From Alphaproteobacteria bacterium (lineage in GTDB: Bacteria; Pseudomonadota; Alphaproteobacteria; Rs-D84): 64,000 nucleotides of DNA. The stretch is taken from assembly GCA_017502865.1 (NCBI GenBank), contig JAFVUD010000005.1, forward strand, positions 208,007 through 272,006. Direction: 5' to 3'. The position numbers and the translations under genes are program-made. The notes below the pieces were generated by a model, which saw only the letters and a program-made list of their open reading frames with translations, did not search any database and was not told where the DNA came from. This document shows, piece by piece, positions 28,749 to 38,231 of this stretch (position 1 is the stretch's first letter; each line of letters begins with the position of its first letter).

Positions 28749-31700
28749 ATGAAAGGGATTTTTCTATTTTTATCATTATTGGTTGCACCGCTGGGCTTTC
28801 TGCACAGTGCGGCGGCTGATGATGCAGCCGATATTGCCCGTGCTGCAACCCGCCGTGGTACAACCAATACAGTGACAAACACCCGCAAAAAAACTGAAAA
28901 TTCACCCCTGAAAAATTCACACAGCACAAACACTGTTTCACGTTCTACAAACGTCACACCACAAACAAATAATTCACTGCGTGAACGAAATGTTGGCAAC
29001 CGTTCTGGCAACGTGATATCTGGCACAGACCGCAGCACATCAACAGACACCAAAAAGCCCAGCGTAACCGCACGCAGTGGCACAAACATTGCCCCACGTG
29101 CAACCACTGCACGCACCGCCACACCGGCAAAACAAACCATTCGTACACAATCACAAACATCCATGCGTGCAACACCACGTACCAACAACCGTGGCACCAT
29201 TGCCCGTGCCGCAACCGAAGCAGCCACCGCCGCACGTGAAAAAATTATGTCTGCGAAATACACAGATTGTCGTACAGTTTATTATGATTGCATGGACGAA
29301 TTCTGTGCCAACAAAGACAGCCTGCTGAAACGCTGTGCATGTTCGGCCCGCACGAATGAATTTACCGGTGTTCAAAAACAATTAACCCAGGCCGAAGAAA
29401 AATTATTGGATTTTGGTGAACGCTTGCTAACCGTCAACCTAGAAGCCGAAGATGCCACCGCCATGTTCAACGCAACAGCCGGCGAATTGGCATTTCAAAA
29501 GCCAGACACCACAACATCTAAAAAAATCTTGGATGAAATTGCCGAAAAACTAAACACAAAAATCGACAATTCCACATTTGACAGAACACTTTCACCAATA
29601 TCTTTGTCATTAAACGAAGATGCCGCCTGGGACAGTGTTGATTCCCTGCAGGGGGCTTCAACAACACTAAAATCTGGCACCGAATTATATGCAGCCGCCC
29701 TGCCGATATGTCGTGAAATGGCATTGGAAATCTGCACCCCAGATGAACTGGACATAATCGAAAGCGGTTATCAAATGGCAATCGAACAAGATTGCAACAC
29801 CGTTGCCAAATCATACGTCAACCAAACCGATGCCGCACGTGAAAAAATCCGTGAATCCAGCGCATTGCTTGACATGGCCCGTCTGGACATTTACCAGAAA
29901 CGCAATTCCGACGACATTTTAACATGTAAAACAAAAATGCTGGACATGTTAACCAATACATCTGTATGTGGCGAAAATTTGGGCAAATGCCTGGACACAA
30001 CGGGCCAGTATATCGACCCATCAACGGGTGAAGCATTCTTGACCATGAATCTAGGGAATTTGGCACATTTAATCACACGTCCAACCGGGAACCAGACATG
30101 GACAAACGCCCCCGGCAATGCAAAATTTGTATCATACCTGTATTCGAAAAAACAATACCTGGAACCTGCTATGGAAAATTGCCAGGATGTTGCCGATTAC
30201 GTATGGGACAACTTTATCGAAGACGCCCTGGCCCAGATTAAATTGGCCCAGGACGCCAAACTAGAAGAAGTCCGCCAAAGCTGCACAACCCTGACCACCC
30301 AGTGTTTATCAGACACCGCAAAATCATTGGCCGACTTTGATGCCCGTGCTTTATCTACATTCGGTGTGGCGGCCGATAAAACCGTCAACGCCATGTGTGC
30401 CGACGTTCAAAACGCATGTACCGCCCTGTTACAGGAAACCGGTGGTGGCGATGGCGACTGGGTTGGTGGTATGACAGAAATTGCAACCGACACCACATAC
30501 GAAACACTGCGACAAACCTGTCGCGAGGTTGGACGTGCCTGCATTATCCAGGCCTGCACATCAATTTCTGGCAACTTTGGTCTGTGTGAAAACATCGACA
30601 CATCCATTAACCGCAAGGCTATTATTAACCGCACATCCTGCTGGAACGAGGTATTATCCTGTGTTAAATCCGCTGGCACAGATTCCATTGACAATATCAT
30701 AACCCTGTTGGGCAACCGCGGCAGCATCAAACTGAACGACGGTGCAATTGACACCAAGTCATTCTATTCTAACCTGTATGGATCTTTACCAGAACCATAT
30801 ATTTCAGACATCGGCAATCGAGGCGACTGTGAAAAAACAGAAAACAAAAACTGTGTGTACGACATCTGCTACAGCGATTGCAACACCCAACCAACATCAT
30901 TTGAATGTCGTTCTTGCCGTATCGCAGAACAAATCTGGGGCAATTGCGAGGTTGCACCAACAACCACCCTGTCAACCAAAGAGAAAGATGACAAAGGCAA
31001 CCTAAAAATGTATCACAACCGTATCAAGGCCCCCGTTGGCAAAGATGCAACTACATTGCTGTATTGGTTTGCAGTAAACACCGGCACCAATTTGCGTGAC
31101 GATGCATGCCGTGATACAACCTGTGGACCAGGCTTTATCCCATACGAAGTCAACGGCATCATCACCTGTCAGCCATCTAACAGTGTCGACGATTCCGGTG
31201 CCTTTTGCCCCAAGAATGCAGATGGTGACATGCCAACATATTCTGTTAATGGTGTTAATCTGTGCTGTCCCCTGGGAACAGATTCATATTCCAATTGCTG
31301 CAACGGTACCCCGGATGATATCGATGACACCAATGCCACCACAAACCTGTGCTATATGAGTAACAAAAACAACACCTATACATTAACCTTTGATATTGCC
31401 AACACCCAAAATTACTATTTCGATGGTACGCACTATTTAATATGTTTTGGTGGCAGCGTTAACACCGATAAAGAATACTTCGAATGCAATGGCAATTGGG
31501 TGATTGTATCAGCAACAAATGGTCATTATTACACACCAAAATTAACCAATAGTAACGATGAAACAATTATAAACACCCGCCTGATTACCGAAACATTCCA
31601 TGCTGCCAGTACGACAGACAGCAACGGTATTGAACAACCTGGAATCCAATACACATACCAGAAATCCACAGACACAACCAACGGCACCTGGAAAGATGCC

Positions 31701-31757
31701 AACGGGAACACTGTCGACGAACCTGACAATTGGATGGTAACAATCAACGCAAACTGA
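28749..31757 (+). CDS. giant Cys-rich secreted protein, CMDxFC family paralog 1 (1002 aa)
   Basis: Signal peptide MKGIFLFLSLLVAPLGFLHSAAA, then a basic T/R/N/S-rich low-complexity spacer of about 150 aa. The signature CRTVYYDCMDEFCANKDSLLKRCACS follows. Dozens of Cys residues are spaced through helical segments. Confidence 0.75.
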   Translation: MKGIFLFLSLLVAPLGFLHSAAADDAADIARAATRRGTTNTVTNTRKKTENSPLKNSHSTNTVSRSTNVTPQTNNSLRERNVGNRSGNVISGTDRSTSTDTKKPSVTARSGTNIAPRATTARTATPAKQTIRTQSQTSMRATPRTNNRGTIARAATEAATAAREKIMSAKYTDCRTVYYDCMDEFCANKDSLLKRCACSARTNEFTGVQKQLTQAEEKLLDFGERLLTVNLEAEDATAMFNATAGELAFQKPDTTTSKKILDEIAEKLNTKIDNSTFDRTLSPISLSLNEDAAWDSVDSLQGASTTLKSGTELYAAALPICREMALEICTPDELDIIESGYQMAIEQDCNTVAKSYVNQTDAAREKIRESSALLDMARLDIYQKRNSDDILTCKTKMLDMLTNTSVCGENLGKCLDTTGQYIDPSTGEAFLTMNLGNLAHLITRPTGNQTWTNAPGNAKFVSYLYSKKQYLEPAMENCQDVADYVWDNFIEDALAQIKLAQDAKLEEVRQSCTTLTTQCLSDTAKSLADFDARALSTFGVAADKTVNAMCADVQNACTALLQETGGGDGDWVGGMTEIATDTTYETLRQTCREVGRACIIQACTSISGNFGLCENIDTSINRKAIINRTSCWNEVLSCVKSAGTDSIDNIITLLGNRGSIKLNDGAIDTKSFYSNLYGSLPEPYISDIGNRGDCEKTENKNCVYDICYSDCNTQPTSFECRSCRIAEQIWGNCEVAPTTTLSTKEKDDKGNLKMYHNRIKAPVGKDATTLLYWFAVNTGTNLRDDACRDTTCGPGFIPYEVNGIITCQPSNSVDDSGAFCPKNADGDMPTYSVNGVNLCCPLGTDSYSNCCNGTPDDIDDTNATTNLCYMSNKNNTYTLTFDIANTQNYYFDGTHYLICFGGSVNTDKEYFECNGNWVIVSATNGHYYTPKLTNSNDETIINTRLITETFHAASTTDSNGIEQPGIQYTYQKSTDTTNGTWKDANGNTVDEPDNWMVTINAN

Positions 31758-31776
31758 ACAAACCAACAAAAACAAT

Positions 31777-32919
31777 ATGAAAAAAATATTTATTGCATCT
31801 TTACTGCTGTTATCCATTTCTGGCAAATATTCATTCGCCGCTGTAAATCCTGTAACATGTACAAACACCGTATCAAGTGATGCATGCAACACCATAGAAG
31901 GCTGCGGCTGGAAAGCAACCGATGAAGCCGGCGGCGGGAAATGTACCCCCTGTACTCAAGGGTGGTATGGTGCCGGCTGCACAGAACAATGTCCCGAATC
32001 TCACCCAACCACAATTGGCAATGGTGCACAAGTAAAAACCGAATGTGTTTTTATCTGCCAAGAAGAAGAAATTACCGACAATAACGGTAACCCGATGGGA
32101 AAAAAAACCCCAAAACAAGAACATATACCGTTCATTAATTCCGACGAAACCCCATCGTGCGAATATACAATCAGTTGTTATGGCATAGCCCCCCCAGATC
32201 ACACACACCCATGCACAACATATCACCTGGGCCAGGACGAACAAACATGTGAACCCGATTATAAAATAGCTTCTTATAACAATAACCGGCCCGGCACCGG
32301 CGGCTATGGTGACCAGTGTAACAAGTATTTTATGGTATATGAAAATAACCGCTACACACCCATATCATGCACAGAATGCGTTGCTGGCAACCACCTAAAC
32401 CCAACAGCAATCACCGACTACTGTGGCATTCCTACTGGCAACAAATGTGATGCAAACTCTATTTCATGCGACCCACTGGGGAATCCCGGCAGTTTAACCA
32501 ACTGTGAATATATAGAAAATACAAAAGAAAACAAATACACATGGGATGCCGACAAACAATCGTACGATTACAGTGCATGTACAAAAAAATGCAAAGTTAA
32601 AGAAGGCCGAAACACAAACGAATATATATTCAGTTATAATGGTAATGAATGGGTCAAAGGCGATTCCACAGGGAGCACAGAATGCGATACTGGATCTTGT
32701 CTGATGCCAGGCGAAACAGCGTGTGATGCCGCTGACTATGGATATTATGCAGTCCAAAAACAAAACAACTGTAAACCATGTCCAGGCGGAACAACCACTG
32801 ATAAAAAAGGTGCAACATCTGTAGACGACTGCGTAATAACAAACGCAACCAAATTCTGTGACAAAAAGGGCTGTTTTACCCTGCCAATCAATGACGATGT
32901 CACAATAGACTATTTCTAG
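31777..32919 (+). CDS. Cys-rich secreted protein with eukaryote-like CxxCPxG repeats
   Basis: Signal peptide MKKIFIASLLLLSISGKYSFA. Motifs CTPCTQGWYGAGCTEQCP and CKPCPGGTTTDKKGATSVDDC (ephrin-receptor-like/GCC2_GCC3-type pattern). Ends in ...TIDYF, 19 nt downstream of the previous gene. Confidence 0.7.
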   Translation: MKKIFIASLLLLSISGKYSFAAVNPVTCTNTVSSDACNTIEGCGWKATDEAGGGKCTPCTQGWYGAGCTEQCPESHPTTIGNGAQVKTECVFICQEEEITDNNGNPMGKKTPKQEHIPFINSDETPSCEYTISCYGIAPPDHTHPCTTYHLGQDEQTCEPDYKIASYNNNRPGTGGYGDQCNKYFMVYENNRYTPISCTECVAGNHLNPTAITDYCGIPTGNKCDANSISCDPLGNPGSLTNCEYIENTKENKYTWDADKQSYDYSACTKKCKVKEGRNTNEYIFSYNGNEWVKGDSTGSTECDTGSCLMPGETACDAADYGYYAVQKQNNCKPCPGGTTTDKKGATSVDDCVITNATKFCDKKGCFTLPINDDVTIDYF

Positions 32920-33437
32920 AAAATCTTAATCTGGTCGATTGTATTTTTGATAATTTCCATTTGAACGGCACCAAAACGCCCCAAAACCCAATCGGCCGGA
33001 TCCATTGGCAATTCAAAATCACGTGGATGTCCAATGCCAATTCGCACACGACGATAACCGTTTCCAACCGCCGAATCAATTGATTTTATTCCATTGTGAC
33101 CGCCACTGCCACCGCCTATTTTTTGACGCATATCACCAATTTTCAAATCCATATCATCGTGAATCACAATCACATTTTCCAACGGAATCTTATAAAATGC
33201 CATTAATGGTCCAACCGCATTACCACTGTTGTTCATATATGTCTGGGGTTTAACAAATATCACACGTTTCCCATCAATTTCCCCATTTGCGACCAACGCA
33301 TTTTTATCTTTCTTCCACTGGACACCATCGCCCGCCATTGCTTCGACCGCCATAAATCCAACATTATGTCGTGTTTTTGCGTATTCAGGCCCCGGATTCC
33401 CCAGTCCAACAATTAAAATTGGTTTATTTTCTTGCAT
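32916..33437 (-). CDS. pth: peptidyl-tRNA hydrolase
   Basis: MQENKPILIVGLGNPGPEYAKTRHNVGF from ATG 33437, plus GGHNGIKS. The track start is over-extended. Confidence 0.93.
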   Translation of the reverse strand: MQENKPILIVGLGNPGPEYAKTRHNVGFMAVEAMAGDGVQWKKDKNALVANGEIDGKRVIFVKPQTYMNNSGNAVGPLMAFYKIPLENVIVIHDDMDLKIGDMRQKIGGGSGGHNGIKSIDSAVGNGYRRVRIGIGHPRDFELPMDPADWVLGRFGAVQMEIIKNTIDQIKIF

Positions 33438-33484
33438 ATATAAATCTCTTTTTTCTATTATATTATCATACAAAGGAGTAAAAA

Positions 33485-34036
33485 ATGAAATTAAATTCCA
33501 CCGGTATTTTAACAGCGGCCGCAATTATGTTCATGGGCACAAACGCAAATGCAAATTTGCTGTTTGATATCTATGGCGGTGCATCATTTGGCGTTGGCGG
33601 CACAACAATGTTTATTGACGATGAACATCCTGGTTTTTCCGCAACCAGTTATGGTGCATTGTTGGGGGTTGACCTGCCCCTGTTCCGTGTCGAAGGTGAA
33701 TATAATTTCATCGACACATCCGACATGGATTTGAATTTGGCAATGGTGAACGCATATTTCAAAATTCCAACCCCAATGATTAAGCCATACTTTGGTGCCG
33801 GTGTTGGTGCTGTATTTGATGGCAAATACGAACCAAATTCATTGACATCTGTTGAAACAGAATCTGCCATGGCATACGCAGGTATGCTGGGGTTAACAGT
33901 TGACCTGCCAATGTTGCCATTCACATTCGACATCGAAGGCCGCATTGTCTATGCCAACGATGTATTTGAACTGGTGCACGACAATGCAGACCTGTTGCAT
34001 TACGAAGGTCGCCTGAAAGTACGCTATGTGTTCTAA
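33485..34036 (+). CDS. small outer-membrane beta-barrel protein (OmpA-TM/opacity-porin-like)
   Basis: AAAGGAG SD and signal peptide ...MFMGTNANA. 183 aa with alternating strands; the C-terminus is RLKVRYVF. Confidence 0.7.
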   Translation: MKLNSTGILTAAAIMFMGTNANANLLFDIYGGASFGVGGTTMFIDDEHPGFSATSYGALLGVDLPLFRVEGEYNFIDTSDMDLNLAMVNAYFKIPTPMIKPYFGAGVGAVFDGKYEPNSLTSVETESAMAYAGMLGLTVDLPMLPFTFDIEGRIVYANDVFELVHDNADLLHYEGRLKVRYVF

Positions 34037-34063
34037 AAAAAAACGGGGCACAAATGTGCCCCA
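34035..34063 (+). terminator. hairpin terminator after the small OMP gene
   Basis: AAAAAAAAACGGGGCAC-AAAT-GTGCCCCAT. The T tract is weak. Confidence 0.5.
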
Positions 34064-34086
34064 TAATTAAATATGGGAAAATCCAA

Positions 34087-36852
34087 ATGCTGACATTAAT
34101 TGATGGTAATTCATTATTATTTCGTGCCTATTACGGTGTACACAGCCGCCTGACCCGTACCGACGGCACCCCCACCGGGGCAGTATATGGATTTTTCAAT
34201 ATGATATTGCCGATATTGTCTGCGGCCAATCCAGATGATTCTTTTATATGCGTATTTGACGCATCACGCATCACATTCCGCCAAGACATATATCCGCAAT
34301 ACAAAATGAACCGCACTGAAACACCCGCCGATTTAATATCCCAGGGCGAAATGATAAAATCCGGTCTGTGTGCAATTGGCATGCCTGTCCTGTGCATTCC
34401 CGGGGTCGAAGCAGATGATGTAATCGCAACACTGGCACATAAAAACTGTCACGGTGCAAACCAAACACGAATTATCACCAGCGACAAAGATTTAATGCAA
34501 TTGGTATCTGATTGCACATTCTTGTACGACGGCATGAAACAACGTGAAATTCGCACCCCCCAGGTATTTGAAAAATTCGGTGTTCGCCCAGACCAGGTTA
34601 TCGATGTACAAAGCCTGATGGGTGATTCGTCTGACAACGTACCGGGCGTACCCGGCATTGGCCCTAAAAAGGCAACCGAACTGATAACCCAGTTTGAAAC
34701 ACTGGACAATCTGTATGCCCATCTGGATGAAATTAAAAACGAACGTACACGCAACCTGCTGCGTGATAATCGTGAAATGGCATACATTTCTAAACAATTG
34801 GTCACACTAAAAACAGACGTTGATTTATCAAATTTACAAATCACACCATTTGTATTTAACACACCCGCTGCATTAGAATTTATCAAGACCAATGTAGAAA
34901 GCAATTCACTGATGGCAAAAATAGAAAAATTGTTCCCATTGGAAAAGTTTACCCCCGCCACTGCATCAGCCCCAGATTTATTCGGCAATATATGCACAGT
35001 TTCAACTGCCCCTGCGGTCACCGACAACTATGCAAAAATCGAATCGCAAACAATTACAACGGTTGCAGAACTGGATGCATTTCTGGCAACGGTAAAAAAC
35101 ACACTGGCAATCGACACTGAAACAACCGGCCTGAATCAAATGACCGACCGAATTGTTGGCATTTCATTAAGCACGTCTGATAAATCTGGTGTCTATATCC
35201 CAGTCGGCCATCGTGATGCCAACAGTGACCTGTTTGGTGGAGGTGCCCCTGCCCCAAACCAATTACCGCTGGAAACAGTTTATCAAAAACTGTGGCCGAT
35301 ATTTACCAACCCCAATATTACCAAGGTTGGACACAATCTAAAATTCGATTTGCACATTATGGCAAACCACGGATGGGATATTTCCCAAATCCACCCATTG
35401 GACGACACAATGTTGCTGTCCTATGCTTTGCACGGTTCGCTGCATGGGCATGGTCTGGACGAATTGGCACTGAAATATTTGAACCACGAAAACATTCGTT
35501 TTTCATCGCTGTTCCCGCCCAAGACCCGTGATTGTGACATGCATTTTGACGCATTGCCAATCGCCACTGCAACGCCATATGCCGCCGAAGACACCGCCAT
35601 CTGTATGGCATTATACAAATTGATGCGGCCCGAATTGGATGCAAACCCAACACTGCGACACCTGTATGAAACATGCGATTTACCATTAATGCCATTGTTG
35701 GTAAAAATGGAACGTAACGGCGTATTGGTTGACCGGAATAAACTAAATCACCTGTCCACCATATTCCATGACCAATTAACAGAACTGGAAAACGAAATAT
35801 GGACATTAGCCGGTCACGAATTTAACATCGCCAGCCCCAAACAATTAAGTACCATTTTATTCGATGAACTGCACCTGCCGGCAAATAAAAAGCGTTCAAC
35901 CGATGCCGACACCCTGAACGATTTAATAGACAGCCACCCAATTGTCGAAAAAATATTAAATTGGCGGTCAATCGCAAAACTGGCCGGCACATACACAGAC
36001 GCATTGCCGCACCAAATTGCATTCGATGGCCGTATTCATACCACATATTTGCAGACCAGCACCAACACCGGTCGCCTGTCCAGTCGTGATCCAAATCTGC
36101 AAAATATTCCAATTAAAACCAAACTGGGCGAAGAAATCCGCAAATGCTTTATTGCACCATCTGGTCGCACACTGATTTCTGTCGATTATTCCCAGATTCA
36201 ATTACGCCTGTTGGCCGATGTCGCCGCCGTTCAAACATTCCGTGACACATTTAACAACGGCACCGACATTCATGAACAAACCGCCCGACGAATATTTAAC
36301 ATTGACCCATCAACCCCGGTCAGCAAAGATCAACGTCGTGCGGCAAAAACTGTCAACTTTTCAATCATCTATGGCATATCGTCATTTGGTCTGGCGGCCC
36401 AGTTGGGCACAACACGTGCCAATGCCGGTGAAATTATAAATTCATATATGGCGGGCCTGCCTGAAATAAAAAAATACATCGAAGACACAAAAAAATTCGC
36501 ACTGGAAAACGGCTATGTCATGACACCGTGGGGCCGCCGCATTGAATTACCAGGTGCAAACAACCCACGCATGCGTGGCTATGTCATGCGTGCCGCAATC
36601 AATGCCCCAATCCAGGGATTCGAAGCCGACATGATGCGACGTGCCATGATTGAAATTGATGAAAAAATCATAAAGCCAAATGCCGATAAAATCCAAATGA
36701 TACTTCAGGTACATGACGAAATAGTATTCGAATGCGACACCGCCCATGCAGAACATTTCGCAAACGAAATCAAATCTGCCATGGAACACATCGCAACCTT
36801 ATCTGTACCACTGGTCGCTGAATATGTAATCGGTCCCGCATGGGGCAAATAA
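34087..36852 (+). CDS. polA: DNA polymerase I
   Basis: MLTLIDGNSLLFRAYYG (5'-3' exonuclease), LAIDTETTGL (3'-5' exonuclease), RRAAKTVNFSIIYG and QVHDEIVFE (polymerase motifs). The track start at 34054 lies inside the upstream hairpin. Confidence 0.95.
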   Translation: MLTLIDGNSLLFRAYYGVHSRLTRTDGTPTGAVYGFFNMILPILSAANPDDSFICVFDASRITFRQDIYPQYKMNRTETPADLISQGEMIKSGLCAIGMPVLCIPGVEADDVIATLAHKNCHGANQTRIITSDKDLMQLVSDCTFLYDGMKQREIRTPQVFEKFGVRPDQVIDVQSLMGDSSDNVPGVPGIGPKKATELITQFETLDNLYAHLDEIKNERTRNLLRDNREMAYISKQLVTLKTDVDLSNLQITPFVFNTPAALEFIKTNVESNSLMAKIEKLFPLEKFTPATASAPDLFGNICTVSTAPAVTDNYAKIESQTITTVAELDAFLATVKNTLAIDTETTGLNQMTDRIVGISLSTSDKSGVYIPVGHRDANSDLFGGGAPAPNQLPLETVYQKLWPIFTNPNITKVGHNLKFDLHIMANHGWDISQIHPLDDTMLLSYALHGSLHGHGLDELALKYLNHENIRFSSLFPPKTRDCDMHFDALPIATATPYAAEDTAICMALYKLMRPELDANPTLRHLYETCDLPLMPLLVKMERNGVLVDRNKLNHLSTIFHDQLTELENEIWTLAGHEFNIASPKQLSTILFDELHLPANKKRSTDADTLNDLIDSHPIVEKILNWRSIAKLAGTYTDALPHQIAFDGRIHTTYLQTSTNTGRLSSRDPNLQNIPIKTKLGEEIRKCFIAPSGRTLISVDYSQIQLRLLADVAAVQTFRDTFNNGTDIHEQTARRIFNIDPSTPVSKDQRRAAKTVNFSIIYGISSFGLAAQLGTTRANAGEIINSYMAGLPEIKKYIEDTKKFALENGYVMTPWGRRIELPGANNPRMRGYVMRAAINAPIQGFEADMMRRAMIEIDEKIIKPNADKIQMILQVHDEIVFECDTAHAEHFANEIKSAMEHIATLSVPLVAEYVIGPAWGK

Positions 36853-36862
36853 AAACCGCCCA

Positions 36863-37084
36863 AATCCCTTGCTTGGCAGAAACGAATTATAATGATTTAG
36901 ATAAAAGCAAATCGGGAATCGTAGTGTACATGATGCTACATAAGATTCCCGTACACCACCCCAATCCCTTGCTTGGCAGAAACGAATTATAATGATTTAG
37001 ATAAAAGCAAATCGGGAATCGTAGTGTACATGATGCTACATGAGATTCCCGATTTGCTTTTAGATGAATTATTATAATTCGTTT
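36863..37084. repeat. exact 100-bp-period tandem duplication (two 88-nt units) ending in a long imperfect hairpin
   Basis: 36863-36950 and 36963-37050 differ at one base (36942 A versus 37042 G). 37051-37084 is the inverted complement of 36980-37013, apart from an 8-nt bubble. An inner GGGAATC...GATTCCC stem is present in both units. Confidence 0.85.
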
Positions 37085-37088
37085 ATAT

Positions 37089-38201
37089 TTAGCGATTTGT
37101 TAATTGCAATTCTATCCGTCTATTCTTTTGCAGACTGTCTTTGTCTGTGCCCAACGCAACAGGATGCATTTCACCAAATCCGCTGGGGACCAAACGGCGT
37201 TGTGAAACACCGGCACGTGCCAATTCATTGGCGACGGCGGTCGCACGCAACAATGACAATTGTGTATTGTTACGATAACCACGTGTACCCGGTACAACCT
37301 GTTTATTATCTGTATGGCCATCAACACGAATAATCCAATCCACATCCGTTGGGATTTTATTTTCCATATCCTTGATAACATTGGCAATTAAACTTAACTG
37401 CTTTTTGCCATCTGCCGACAATTTATACGAACCACTGGGGAACAGAATATCACTGGACACGATAAATCTGTCACCATCTGGCTGGACCGTTGTACGATCA
37501 CCAATTGCCAGTTTAACAGCCTTGTAAAAATCAGATTTATACTTTGCCACATCATTCAATTCTGCAACCTTGTCTGCCAACGCTTTGTTCAACCGTGTTG
37601 ACATTTCAACATATTGAATTTCTTGATTACGTGACTTTTCTTCGGCCGCATCTAACGCCGCCTGCAGTTTTGTCAATTGTTCTGACAATTCCGCACGTTG
37701 CTGTGCCATCTGTTCTTGCAAATCTTTACGTTCCTGTTCCAGTGCTGCTGCCTTTTCCTTGTCAACCTTGGCCTGGGATAATTGTTGGGTTAAATCTGCA
37801 ATCTGTGCCTGCATTTCTTCGCCCTGTGTGGTCAGTTCCAACACCTTGGCCTCGTACGCAGTAACTAAATCTTCTGCACCTAAATCTGCCGCCTGTAATT
37901 CAGTGGACAATTGTTGATTATCAGATTCCAGAACCTCTAACTGGGTACGTGCCATCAGCAGCAACTGGGTTGCTTCTTGTTCATCGGCTGTCATCTGTTG
38001 AATTTTTTGGGCCTGTTGTGCATTTTCCGCCTTTAAATCCGCAACCACCTTGGCCCCAGATGTTTTGTTAAAGACACTGGTCGTTGTCCACAAGAACACA
38101 AACACAATCAGCAAGAAAATCAAAATAATCACCAGATTCGAAAACAAATCCACGAATCCCGGCCATGCATTAGTCTTTTCACGAAAACGAATGTTTAACA
38201 T
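37089..38201 (-). CDS. MotB/OmpA-like protein with a long central coiled coil
   Basis: N-terminal TM with a conserved Asp (WPGFVDLFSNLVIILIFLLIVFVFLW). A Q/E/A/L coiled coil of about 180 aa. C-terminal OmpA_C motif RVDGHTDNKQV...NTQLSLLRATAVANELARAGV...NRRIELQL. Confidence 0.8.
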   Translation of the reverse strand: MLNIRFREKTNAWPGFVDLFSNLVIILIFLLIVFVFLWTTTSVFNKTSGAKVVADLKAENAQQAQKIQQMTADEQEATQLLLMARTQLEVLESDNQQLSTELQAADLGAEDLVTAYEAKVLELTTQGEEMQAQIADLTQQLSQAKVDKEKAAALEQERKDLQEQMAQQRAELSEQLTKLQAALDAAEEKSRNQEIQYVEMSTRLNKALADKVAELNDVAKYKSDFYKAVKLAIGDRTTVQPDGDRFIVSSDILFPSGSYKLSADGKKQLSLIANVIKDMENKIPTDVDWIIRVDGHTDNKQVVPGTRGYRNNTQLSLLRATAVANELARAGVSQRRLVPSGFGEMHPVALGTDKDSLQKNRRIELQLTNR

Positions 38202-38231
38202 TTTTTCCTCTCTCGCCTTGTTTTTCTATTT

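Noticed and set aside
28598-29263. A 221-aa minus-strand ORF overlapping the 5' part of the 28749 gene.
   Set aside because: It is the Arg/Val/Ala-rich antisense image of the Thr/Arg/Asn low-complexity spacer. It would run through the upstream terminator and has no translation signals.
32916-32919. Convergent genes sharing a palindromic CTAG, so that both stop codons overlap.
   Set aside because: It is a real feature but most simply a compaction artefact. No regulatory meaning can be supported.
36863-37084. Whether the 88-nt direct repeats could be a CRISPR array.
   Set aside because: There are only two units. They are separated by 12 nt rather than a spacer-sized unique segment, the repeat is far too long, and there are no cas genes or leader.
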